Both the position numbers and the translations under genes were made by a program. The notes under the pieces are model-generated. The model saw nothing but the letters and a program-made list of their open reading frames with translations, was not told the origin of the DNA and made no database searches. A stretch of DNA of 64,000 nucleotides from NCBI GenBank assembly GCA_964580965.1, contig CAZOLZ010000007.1, positions 34 to 64,033 of the forward strand. Reading direction: 5' to 3'. Shown in pieces: positions 9,386 through 18,344 of this stretch. Numbering within the stretch: the stretch's first letter is position 1; each line of letters opens with the position of its first letter. The DNA is from an uncultured Flavobacteriales bacterium (GTDB taxonomy: Bacteria > Bacteroidota > Bacteroidia > Flavobacteriales_D > Crocinitomicaceae).

Positions 9386-10828
9386 TTAATACTTTATGAA
9401 TACGTTTTTAGCTTCTGTAAAGAAACGCAAAGCTTCTAAACCTCCTTCTCGTCCAACCCCCGATGCTTTTACACCTCCAAACGGTGTTCGTAAATCTCTT
9501 ACTAACCAAGAGTTAATCCAAACAATTCCTGATTGTGCTTCATCCGCAATTCTGTGAGCACGTTTTAAATCTGATGTCCATAAAGTTGTTTGTAAACCAT
9601 ATTGCGTTGAATTTGCCATCACCATGGCTTCTTCTTCTGTATCAAATGGTGCTATTGTAACAACAGGGCCAAAAATTTCTTCTTGGTTGACTCTACAATT
9701 ATATTTTAAACCCTCAATAACTGTTGGGCGAATGTAATAGCCATCATCATATGGAGCATCTAAGATTACACGTTTTCCACCTGTTAAGACAGTTCCTCCC
9801 TCTTCTTTTGCTAATTCAATGTAAGAAAGAATTTTATCCATGTGAGGTTTTGATACTACTGCTCCTAAATTTGCTTTTGGGTCTGTTGGATTTGATACAA
9901 CTGATTTATTTACTTTAGCTACAAAGGCTTCTTTAAATTTATCGTAAATTGAGCGCTCCACTAAAATTCGTGAACCACAAAGACAAATTTGTCCTTGGTT
10001 CGCAAAAGATGAACGAATAGTAGTACTCAACATGTCGTCAAAATCACAGTCAGCGAAAACAATAACTGGGTTTTTTCCTCCCAATTCCAACGATAATTTT
10101 TTAAACATTGGTGCTGCAGTTCTGGCAATGTATTCACCTGTTTTTGTTCCTCCTGTAAATGAAATTGCTTTTACTTTTGGATGTTTAATAATCGCGTCAC
10201 CTACTTTGTGTCCATACCCATGTAAAATATTCAACACACCATCAGGCATTCCCGCTTCTTTGGCAACTTCCCCTAATAAATAAGCCGTAAATGGTGTGAT
10301 TTCCGATGGTTTTGCTACCACACAATTACCAGCAGCCAAAGCTGGAGCAATTTTCCAAGAGAATAAATATAATGGTAAGTTCCAAGGTGAAATACAACCT
10401 ACAATCCCAATCGGTTTTCGTAAGGTATAATTCAAGCCTAAACCTTCCATATAATGTGACTCAGATGAAAAATGAATAATCGCTGTTGCAAAAAAGTGGA
10501 AATTAGAAACTGCTCTTGGAATATCAACATGCGCAGCTAACGACAAAGGTTTTCCGTTATCCTTTGATTCAGCAGCAACAAATTCATCCATTCGGTTTTG
10601 AATTCCCTCAGACAATTTAATTAAAATGTTACTACGCTCTTCTACAGACATTTTTGACCAAATCGGAAATGCTTTTTCTGCTGCTTCAACCGCCATTTTC
10701 ACATCTTCCTCATCTGAATCCGGAATTAAACTGTAAACCTTACCTGTTGCAGGTTCTATATTGTCAATGTATAAATCACTTTTTGGAGCGATATATTGAC
10801 CATTAATGAAATTTTTTAGTTTCTCCAT
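9386..10828 (-). CDS. NAD-dependent aldehyde dehydrogenase, 2-aminomuconate/2-hydroxymuconate semialdehyde dehydrogenase-like
   Basis: ELGGKNP, catalytic Cys in FANQGQICLCGSR, and C-terminal WLVRDLRTPFGGVKASGVGREGG, typical of the XylG/AMSDH subgroup. The subgroup call is less certain than the family call. Confidence 0.8.
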   Translation of the reverse strand: MEKLKNFINGQYIAPKSDLYIDNIEPATGKVYSLIPDSDEEDVKMAVEAAEKAFPIWSKMSVEERSNILIKLSEGIQNRMDEFVAAESKDNGKPLSLAAHVDIPRAVSNFHFFATAIIHFSSESHYMEGLGLNYTLRKPIGIVGCISPWNLPLYLFSWKIAPALAAGNCVVAKPSEITPFTAYLLGEVAKEAGMPDGVLNILHGYGHKVGDAIIKHPKVKAISFTGGTKTGEYIARTAAPMFKKLSLELGGKNPVIVFADCDFDDMLSTTIRSSFANQGQICLCGSRILVERSIYDKFKEAFVAKVNKSVVSNPTDPKANLGAVVSKPHMDKILSYIELAKEEGGTVLTGGKRVILDAPYDDGYYIRPTVIEGLKYNCRVNQEEIFGPVVTIAPFDTEEEAMVMANSTQYGLQTTLWTSDLKRAHRIADEAQSGIVWINSWLVRDLRTPFGGVKASGVGREGGLEALRFFTEAKNVFIKY

Positions 10829-10913
10829 ATTTAAGATTCAAGGTTTTAAGACCCAAGACCGCTTTGCTTAAAGACTAAAAAGTCTTACATCTTTTAATCT
10901 TATGTCTTTAAGT

Positions 10914-12251
10914 CTAACCAATCAAATTTAACATTTTATCCATCACTGCGTTGTCGTCCCAGTTTTCATGGATGTTTGGTATTTTCATAATTTCCTCCAT
11001 GATAGTGTCTTGCACTTTACCATTTTCTATTACTTTATGGTATGGTATGTTTGTAAATGTCGTTTGAGAATACATAGGAATCCATTTTTCTGGGTGTAAT
11101 TCGCTAAATTTTGCTTCAATTTTCTTACGTAATAAGAAATCTTTATTACCAGTTAAATCACGCATTTCAATGTAATTCATTAACGATAGATCAATGATTG
11201 CATTACCATCTTTAACTCTATTTTTAGAATATTCAGTCAATAAACCATCCCAATTTCCTCCAGCTGCTTCCAGCATTTGATCAAAAACATTACAATCCTC
11301 AAATCCACAATTCATTCCTTGTCCGTAAAAAGGCACTGTAGCATGAGCAGAATCTCCCAATAAAAGAACCTTATCTTCAATATTCCATGGGTTACATCTA
11401 ACCATTATTAATGATGAAGTTGGATTTTCAAAATAATCTTCTAATAAAGTAGGCATTAACGGAACAGCATCTGGAAATGTTTTATCAAAAAAAGATTTTA
11501 CCTTTTCTGGTGTGTTAATTGTATCAAAAGATTCTTCACCATACATAGGAAAAAACAACGTACATGTAAAACTTCCATCTTGATTTGCTAATGCAATCAT
11601 CATAAATTCTCCACGTGGCCAAATGTGTAAACAGTTTGGGTCTAATTTATGAGTTCCATCTTCATTTCCAGGGATAATTAATTCTTTATACCCGTGATCT
11701 AAATACTCTTGAGAATAATCAAACATAGGTGTTTTCTGCATTCTAAAACGAACAGCAGAAAAAGCTCCATCTGTTGCGAAAACTCTATCAAATGAATGTT
11801 TTTCTTCCGTTTTAGTTATATTGTCTTCAAAAACTAATGTGTTTGAGTTCAGTTCAATATCCTTGCATTTCTTATTGAAGTTATATTTGATCTGAGGATA
11901 CTTATCAGCCAAATTCATTAATTTTTGATTCAAACCTCCTCTTGGAACAGAATATATAGCTTGACCTTCTTTACCATATGGTTGATAAGATAATGACCCA
12001 TCTAATCCATGCATACATCTTTTATACATTGGTATTGCCATCTCTTTAATATCATTATCAATTCCAGCCTTTCTTAATGCGTTCCAACCTCTTTCAGATA
12101 ATGCTAAATTAATGGATTTACCTGCAATCAATTTAGCCTTTCTTAAATCAGGTCTATTTTCGAATACCGTTACATCATATCCTTTTTTAGCCATCAAAAT
12201 AGCTTGTAAACTTCCTACTAAACCTGCTCCTACAATTCCAATTTTTTCCAT
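10914..12251 (-). CDS. kmo: Kynurenine 3-monooxygenase
   Basis: N-terminal GAGLVGS FAD fold and LLGDSAHATVPFYGQGMNCGFEDC, which closely matches the KMO signature. Confidence 0.88.
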   Translation of the reverse strand: MEKIGIVGAGLVGSLQAILMAKKGYDVTVFENRPDLRKAKLIAGKSINLALSERGWNALRKAGIDNDIKEMAIPMYKRCMHGLDGSLSYQPYGKEGQAIYSVPRGGLNQKLMNLADKYPQIKYNFNKKCKDIELNSNTLVFEDNITKTEEKHSFDRVFATDGAFSAVRFRMQKTPMFDYSQEYLDHGYKELIIPGNEDGTHKLDPNCLHIWPRGEFMMIALANQDGSFTCTLFFPMYGEESFDTINTPEKVKSFFDKTFPDAVPLMPTLLEDYFENPTSSLIMVRCNPWNIEDKVLLLGDSAHATVPFYGQGMNCGFEDCNVFDQMLEAAGGNWDGLLTEYSKNRVKDGNAIIDLSLMNYIEMRDLTGNKDFLLRKKIEAKFSELHPEKWIPMYSQTTFTNIPYHKVIENGKVQDTIMEEIMKIPNIHENWDDNAVMDKMLNLIG

Positions 12252-12267
12252 TTGCTTAATTTTAATA

Positions 12268-13548
12268 TTATTGAATTGATGCTTCTAAAATTTGTCCAAA
12301 GTAATATACATCTTCAAAAGTATTGTATAGTGGTGCGGGCGCAACACGAATTACATTTGGTTCTCTCCAGTCTGCAACAACACCCTCATCTGATAATTGA
12401 TCAAATAATGCTTTACCTTGACCATGTGCTAATATTGATAATTGAGCACCTCTTTTTGTTTTATCTCTTGGAGTGATAATTTCAAAACGACATTTTTCTT
12501 TATTTCTCTCTGTAATATCATCAATAATATATTCTAAATAAGCCGTTAAAACATCTCTCTTTTCTCCTATTCTATTCATCCCAGCTTCCATAAAAATATC
12601 TAAAGATGCATTGTGTGCAGCCATTCCAATAACAGGAGCATTACTCAATTGCCAACCCTCTGCACCATGCATTGGTTTGAACCCTGGCTCCATTAAAAAA
12701 CGATCTTCTTTGTCGTGTCCCCACCAACCTGCAAAACGAGGTAATTCTGGTCTATTCGCGTGACGTTCATGTACAAAAATTCCTGAAACACCTCCAGGAG
12801 ATGAATTTAAATATTTATAACTACACCATGCAGCAAAGTCCATTCCCCAATCATGTAATTCAAGGTTTATATTACCTGCAGCATGTGCCAAATCAAAACC
12901 AGCTATAGCACCAACTTTGTGAGCTGCCTCTGTAATTTTTTTCATATCAAATAACTGACCTGTATAATAATTTACACCTCCAATCATTACCAATGCTAAT
13001 TCATCACCAACTTCTTCAATTTTTGATAAAATATCTTCTTCACGAATTAAATGTTCTCCCTCTCTTGGAGCAATTTCAATTAAATCTTCTTCAATGTTCA
13101 AGCCATGAAACTTCACTTGAGTCTCTAATGCATATTGATCACTTGGAAATGCTTTTGCTTCGCAAAGCAGTTTTCGTCGTTTTCCTTCAGGTCTGAAGAA
13201 AGAAACCATCAACAGATGTAAGTTAGTTGTTAATGAATGTGTAACCACAACCTCTAATGGTTTTGCACCAACAATTGTAGCAACTTTATTCGTTAAATTT
13301 TCGTGATAACTAAACCATGGTTTTTTTGCTAAAAAGTGTCCCTCCACACCATATTTAGCCCAAGCATCCAATTCCTCTTGAATATACTCTTTCGTTTGTT
13401 TTGGTTGTAATCCTAAAGAGTTTCCAGTAAAATAACGCACAGGTTTTTCGTGAAAATTAGGCATTAAAAAACGTTCTCTGAAAGATTTTAACGGATCATT
13501 TTGATCCATTTTTTGAGCAAAAGAAAGATTGTTTTCGAATTGAGTCAT
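12268..13548 (-). CDS. kynU: Kynureninase
   Basis: PLP-lysine region [20 protein letters not shown]...YFTGNSLG N-terminus, [17 protein letters not shown]-terminus. Confidence 0.9.
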   Translation of the reverse strand: MTQFENNLSFAQKMDQNDPLKSFRERFLMPNFHEKPVRYFTGNSLGLQPKQTKEYIQEELDAWAKYGVEGHFLAKKPWFSYHENLTNKVATIVGAKPLEVVVTHSLTTNLHLLMVSFFRPEGKRRKLLCEAKAFPSDQYALETQVKFHGLNIEEDLIEIAPREGEHLIREEDILSKIEEVGDELALVMIGGVNYYTGQLFDMKKITEAAHKVGAIAGFDLAHAAGNINLELHDWGMDFAAWCSYKYLNSSPGGVSGIFVHERHANRPELPRFAGWWGHDKEDRFLMEPGFKPMHGAEGWQLSNAPVIGMAAHNASLDIFMEAGMNRIGEKRDVLTAYLEYIIDDITERNKEKCRFEIITPRDKTKRGAQLSILAHGQGKALFDQLSDEGVVADWREPNVIRVAPAPLYNTFEDVYYFGQILEASIQ

Positions 13549-13594
13549 TGTAAATTATTTATATATGAATAATTTGATCATTTTATTATGCTAT

Positions 13595-13602
13595 CAAATA
13601 TA
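13595..13602 (-). promoter_or_regulatory. -7 box TATATTTG, candidate kynU-kmo promoter
   Basis: Reverse complement of caaatata, 46 nt upstream of the ATG at 13548. Confidence 0.45.
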
Positions 13603-13693
13603 AACAATTTGTAGGCTAAATGTTCTAACGAATAGGCTTATGTTACATAAATAACACAATTTTTATATTTTGTACGCCTTGTGTTTTTCGGAA

Positions 13694-14129
13694 CTAAAGC
13701 TCTATCTCAAATAAAAATGCGTCGATTCCCATAAAATTAATTTCTGAAATAATTTTCATTCCATTTTTTTGAAATTCAGCGCTATTTCAGTTCATAACCT
13801 TTTCCCCACGAATTAGGCAACAAAGAATAAGCAATTTCAAAGTGTCTTTTCCCTTCAATTTCTCGTTCTAAAATTCCGGCCACTCCAATATGTAAACCTG
13901 TACATTTTTCAATGACAGCTAAATGACCAAAACCTTCATTTTAGTATCTAAAAAATTGTTTGTTAATCCAGTCAGTAACTAAAGTAAGATTACTTAAAGA
14001 AGTATCAACACCTAAAAAATGAAGAGATAGATTGTCTTCAAAAAAATGTACCCAAGTATCAATATCAGATTCTACTATTTTTCTATATATCAATCTTTCT
14101 GATGATTGATCAAAATAATTATTCAACAT
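13694..14129 (-). pseudogene. Decayed GNAT (RimJ/RimL-like) N-acetyltransferase
   Basis: The 62-aa N-terminal fragment (LIYRKIVESDIDTWVHFF) ends at TAA 13941-13943. The same frame continues NEGFGHLAVIEKCTGLHIGVAGILEREIEGKRHFEIAYSLLPNSWGKGYELK to the stop at 13782-13784. A shifted frame then reads AEFQKNGMKIISEINFMGIDAFLFEIEL. So there is a nonsense codon plus a deletion/frameshift. Confidence 0.65.
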
Positions 14130-14724
14130 TTACAACATGAGTATAGCTAAATATTTTCAAAGCATCTTTTGCTTTTGGGTTAGATGGTATTTTATTATTC
14201 AATGCATAAAACCCTAATTTAGTTTCTTTTCTTTTATTACTTTCAAGTGTACCATTTGTTACACCAACTTCTAGCCATATCGTAAAATTGATGTATTTTT
14301 CAGGAAAATAATTCATCAATGCTTTTGTTTCTTTAGCCTCAAATTTATACGCTCTTTCCTTTTTTAGGATATTAAATTTCGTCCTGAAATTTGGATGAAT
14401 ATCATTAATATCTTTAATGAAAAGTATTGTGCTATCAATATCATTAAGGTTTATAACCGCCTTTCCATTTTTAAAAGGCATTTTTCCAACAAAGGATAAT
14501 TGATTTGATTTTAGCTCTTCCATTGATGGAATTGTTAAGAAGAATCTTAATGAATCTAATGTGTCTTTAGTTACGACACCTTGAAGATGAATCTGATTTG
14601 TAATTGTATCAAATTCAACACTGTAGAATCCTGGTTCGTGAATAGTACTGACTATTTTTTTTGTTTGATGTGAGTTACAACCTAATATTATAAATGCTAG
14701 GAAAATATAAAATAATTTCATCAT
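14119..14724 (-). CDS. Hypothetical lipoprotein
   Basis: Signal peptide with lipobox MMKLFYIFLAFIILGC. Lies 14 nt after the glyS stop. No recognised domain. Confidence 0.6.
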   Translation of the reverse strand: MMKLFYIFLAFIILGCNSHQTKKIVSTIHEPGFYSVEFDTITNQIHLQGVVTKDTLDSLRFFLTIPSMEELKSNQLSFVGKMPFKNGKAVINLNDIDSTILFIKDINDIHPNFRTKFNILKKERAYKFEAKETKALMNYFPEKYINFTIWLEVGVTNGTLESNKRKETKLGFYALNNKIPSNPKAKDALKIFSYTHVVNVE

Positions 14725-14738
14725 AAAGTTAGTGGTTA

Positions 14739-16298
14739 TTAGTTTTGTAAACTTACAATCTTTTTATTTAATAAATGCCGCAAATTTACTTTTTTGTCAA
14801 TGATTGTATGTAATTCTGAAACTGATACTCTATCTTGTTGCATTGTGTCTCTATCTCTTATTGTAACTGTATTATCTTCTAGTGTTTGATGATCAACAGT
14901 TACTGAAAATGGTGTTCCAATAGCATCTTGTCGGCGGTAACGTTTTCCTATTGAATCTTTCTCATCATATGTGCACAAGAAATCTGATTTTAGCTCTGCA
15001 ATAATTTCTCTTGCCTTATCAGGTAAACCATCTTTCTTAGTTAAAGGCATTACTGCTACTTTGTAAGGAGCTAATGCACATGGTAATGCTAAAACAGTTC
15101 TCTCTGATCCATCTTCTAAAACTTCTTTTTTATGAGATGAACTTAAAACAGCTAAGAACATACGATCTAAACCAACTGAAGTTTCAATGACATATGGCAC
15201 GTAACTTTGATTCAATTCTGGATCAAAATATTGTAATTTCTTTCCTGAAAATTGTTCATGTTGCTTTAAATCAAAATCAGTTCTTGAATGAATCCCCTCT
15301 AATTCTTTGAATCCCATTGGAAAATTAAATTCGATATCCGCTGCTGCATTTGCGTAATGAGCTAACTTAATATGATCGTGGAAACGGTAAAACTCTTCAC
15401 CTAAACCTAAGGCTTTATGCCAGTTTATACGTTCATTTTTCCAGTATTCATACCATTTCATTTCCTCTCCTGGACGAACGAAAAATTGCATTTCCATTTG
15501 TTCGAATTCACGCATACGAAAGATAAACTGACGAGCAATAATCTCGTTTCTAAACGCCTTCCCGATTTGAGCAATTCCAAACGGAACCTTCATTCTACCT
15601 GACTTTTGAACATTTAGAAAGTTTACAAAAATACCTTGTGCCGTTTCTGGTCTCAAGTAAATTGTAGCAGCATCACCAGCAACTGAGCCCATTTCAGTAG
15701 AAAACATCAAATTAAATTGACGAACTTCTGTCCAATTCTTAGAACCACTTATGGGACAAGCTATTTCTAATTCATCAATTAAGTTTTTCAACCCAACTAA
15801 ATCGTTGTTTTCTAATGTTATTCGCATAGTATTCTCAACATAATTAATTTTATCTTGATTGCGTTTCACATTAGGGTTTGTTGCTCTAAACTCTGCTTCA
15901 TCAAAAGCATCACCGAATTTTCTCAATCCTTTTTGAACTTCTTTTGAAATTTTTTGATTGATTTTTTCAATATATTCTTCTAATAAAACATCTGCTCTAT
16001 ATCTCTTTTTAGAATCCTTATTATCAATTAATGGATCGTTAAATGCATCAACATGACCAGAAGCTTTCCAAGTAGTTGGATGCATAAAAATTGAAGCGTC
16101 AATACCAACAATATTCTCATGCATTTGCACCATCGCTTTCCACCAATATGTTTTTATGTTGTTTTTTAATTCTGACCCTAATTGACCATAATCGTAGGTA
16201 GCGGCCAAACCATCATAAATTTCAGATGAAGGGAATACAAAACCATACTCCTTTGCATGGGAAATAACTTCTTTTAATTTATCTTCTTTTTGTTCCAT
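14739..16298 (-). CDS. glyQS: Glycine--tRNA ligase (dimeric class II type)
   Basis: YLRPETAQGIF, GKAFRNEI, FRMREFEQMEMQFF, ETSVGLDR. Confidence 0.95.
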   Translation of the reverse strand: MEQKEDKLKEVISHAKEYGFVFPSSEIYDGLAATYDYGQLGSELKNNIKTYWWKAMVQMHENIVGIDASIFMHPTTWKASGHVDAFNDPLIDNKDSKKRYRADVLLEEYIEKINQKISKEVQKGLRKFGDAFDEAEFRATNPNVKRNQDKINYVENTMRITLENNDLVGLKNLIDELEIACPISGSKNWTEVRQFNLMFSTEMGSVAGDAATIYLRPETAQGIFVNFLNVQKSGRMKVPFGIAQIGKAFRNEIIARQFIFRMREFEQMEMQFFVRPGEEMKWYEYWKNERINWHKALGLGEEFYRFHDHIKLAHYANAAADIEFNFPMGFKELEGIHSRTDFDLKQHEQFSGKKLQYFDPELNQSYVPYVIETSVGLDRMFLAVLSSSHKKEVLEDGSERTVLALPCALAPYKVAVMPLTKKDGLPDKAREIIAELKSDFLCTYDEKDSIGKRYRRQDAIGTPFSVTVDHQTLEDNTVTIRDRDTMQQDRVSVSELHTIIDKKVNLRHLLNKKIVSLQN

Positions 16299-16302
16299 AA
16301 AA

Positions 16303-16310
16303 CAAATTTA
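16303..16310 (-). promoter_or_regulatory. -7 box TAAATTTG only 4 nt upstream of the glyS ATG
   Basis: Reverse complement of caaattta. Spacing implies a leaderless or near-leaderless mRNA. Confidence 0.45.
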
Positions 16311-16436
16311 ATGCAACTATTCTTATAGTGAGTTAATTGATAGTTATTTTTTCAAGGAATTAAGTTTAATAACCTATATTAGGTTGAGATTTAAAAAAAA
16401 TTATCCTAAATTTAGGAATAACAAAATATTTACGAC

Positions 16437-17000
16437 ATGAAAATAATATTATCTATGTTGCTGATTTTAAACCTAATGTTTGTTTCAGCTCAATCAAACT
16501 ACAAAAAAATAGCAAACCAACCCTATGCTAAAACTTTAAAAGTGAATAATCAAACCCTAACTTTTAATGGCGGCGGAATACGTGAAAAATATGGGTTTAT
16601 AGACTTATATACTTGTGGATTATATCTTAAAAGCACAACAAAAGATGCTAGTAAAGTTATACATGCGGATGAAGAAATGGCTTTAAGAATTGTTATTGTT
16701 TCTTCATTAGTAACTAATGAACTATTTATAGAAGCTCTGGAGGAAGGTTTAAAAAATTCTACTTCTGGAAAATATACTCAAACTGATATTTCTGACTTTA
16801 AAAATTGTTTGACAGAGAATTTTAAAATTGGTGATGAAGTAATTCTGAGATATGTTCCAAATAAAGGTATATCCATTTTTATGAACAGTGAAAAAAGAGG
16901 GTCTGTAGGTGGTTTATCATTCAAAAAAGCTTTATATGCTATATGGCTTGGAGGAAATCCTGCAGACGATAGTTTAAAAGATGATTTATTGGGTCTCTAA
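16437..17000 (+). CDS. Secreted chalcone-isomerase-like family protein
   Basis: Signal peptide MKIILSMLLILNLMFVSAQ, LTFNGGGIREKYGFIDLYTCGLYL and YAIWLGGNP, typical of bacterial CHI-like proteins. Confidence 0.7.
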   Translation: MKIILSMLLILNLMFVSAQSNYKKIANQPYAKTLKVNNQTLTFNGGGIREKYGFIDLYTCGLYLKSTTKDASKVIHADEEMALRIVIVSSLVTNELFIEALEEGLKNSTSGKYTQTDISDFKNCLTENFKIGDEVILRYVPNKGISIFMNSEKRGSVGGLSFKKALYAIWLGGNPADDSLKDDLLGL

Positions 17001-17002
17001 AC

Positions 17003-17036
17003 AAAAAAGGCAGACTAAGATAGTCTGCCTTTTTTA
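17003..17036. terminator. Bidirectional rho-independent terminator (CHI-like gene / sucB)
   Basis: AAAAAAGGCAGACTA-aga-TAGTCTGCCTTTTTT, a perfect 9-bp GC-containing stem flanked by A- and T-runs. Confidence 0.75.
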
Positions 17037-17057
17037 TATTATTATAATTATACAAGC

Positions 17058-18323
17058 TTACAACCCTAATAAAACTGCATGAGGGTCTTTACTTCCAAAA
17101 ATCATTCTTTCAGGATTTTCTAACATTTCTTTTACTTTTACCAAGAAACCAACAGATTCTTTACCATCAATGATTCTGTGATCGTATGATAAAGCTAAAT
17201 ACATAATTGGTCTGATTTCAACTTTACCATTAATAGCTACAGGACGCTCTACGATATTATGCATTCCTAAAATAGCAGATTGTGGGGGGTTGATGATTGG
17301 TGTAGATAACATCGAACCAAAAACTCCACCATTAGTAATCGTGAAAGTTCCACCTGTCATTTCATCCGGTGTAATTTTCCCATCTCTAGCTCTAATAGCT
17401 AAACGTTTAATTTCTCTTTCAATTTCAGCTAAACTCATTTGCTCCGCATTTCTAACAACGGGAACCATTAATCCTTTTGGAGAAGATACTGCAATACCTA
17501 TATCTGCATAATCATGGAAAACAATTTCTTTACCATCAATCATTGCATTAACTGCTGGGAAAATGTTTAATGCTTCTGTAACAGCTTTAGTAAAGAAAGA
17601 CATGAATCCTAAATTAACTTCATGGTGCTTAGCAAAAGTGTCTTTATATTTTTTTCTTAAATCCATGATAGGCTTCATATCAACCTCATTGAAAGTCGTT
17701 AACATTGCCGTTTCTTGTTTCACAGAAACTAAACGTTCAGCAATTTTACGACGCATCATCGACATTTTTTCTCTGCTTTGCTCTCTTGAACCACCCCATC
17801 CTTGAATAGCATCCGTAGCAATACCTCCAGACATTGCTGCCAATACATCTTGTTTTGTGATTCTTCCATCTTTACCTGTTGCTGGTATTTTTGCTGAATT
17901 TAAACCATTTTCAGCAATGATTTTAGACGCAGCCACAGATGGTGTTCCTGATGCGTATGAGGGTTTTTCATTAACTGGATTTGGACTTGGAGCAACTGTT
18001 TTTTCAGCAACTGGCGCAGGAGCAGAAGTTTCTATCTTTTCCTCAACTTTTGGAGCTGGTTCAGCACTTCCTTCCGGACGAGCAGCTGAAGTATCTATGT
18101 GACAAACTACAGCGCCAACAGCAACAGCATCCCCTTCCTCAGCTTTTAAAGTTATTGTACCGCTTTCTTCTGCAGGTAATTCTAATGTAGCTTTATCAGA
18201 ATCAACCTCAGCAATCGCTTGATCTTTTTCTACATAATCACCATCACTTACCAACCATTGTGCAATTTCTACTTCTGAAATCGACTCTCCTGGACTTGGT
18301 ACTTTCATTTCTAATACTGACAT
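17058..18323 (-). CDS. sucB: 2-oxoglutarate dehydrogenase E2, dihydrolipoyllysine succinyltransferase
   Basis: Lipoyl domain [14 protein letters not shown], Ala/Pro linker, E3-binding segment, catalytic SYDHRIIDG. Confidence 0.93.
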   Translation of the reverse strand: MSVLEMKVPSPGESISEVEIAQWLVSDGDYVEKDQAIAEVDSDKATLELPAEESGTITLKAEEGDAVAVGAVVCHIDTSAARPEGSAEPAPKVEEKIETSAPAPVAEKTVAPSPNPVNEKPSYASGTPSVAASKIIAENGLNSAKIPATGKDGRITKQDVLAAMSGGIATDAIQGWGGSREQSREKMSMMRRKIAERLVSVKQETAMLTTFNEVDMKPIMDLRKKYKDTFAKHHEVNLGFMSFFTKAVTEALNIFPAVNAMIDGKEIVFHDYADIGIAVSSPKGLMVPVVRNAEQMSLAEIEREIKRLAIRARDGKITPDEMTGGTFTITNGGVFGSMLSTPIINPPQSAILGMHNIVERPVAINGKVEIRPIMYLALSYDHRIIDGKESVGFLVKVKEMLENPERMIFGSKDPHAVLLGL

Positions 18324-18344
18324 GGCTTATCTTTTTTCGATTCG

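Noticed and set aside
16299-16436. Possible T-box or other leader upstream of glyS (likewise leuS at 56742-56800)
   Set aside because: The promoter boxes sit 4 nt (glyS) and 19 nt (leuS) from the start codons, leaving no room for a leader RNA. T-box leaders are not expected in Bacteroidota.
17290-18190. Four + strand ORFs (17290..17511, 17563..17805, 17857..18102, 17981..18190) opposite sucB
   Set aside because: They are antisense to a well-supported E2 gene. Their Ala/Gly/Pro-rich translation mirrors the sucB linker and is not an independent gene.
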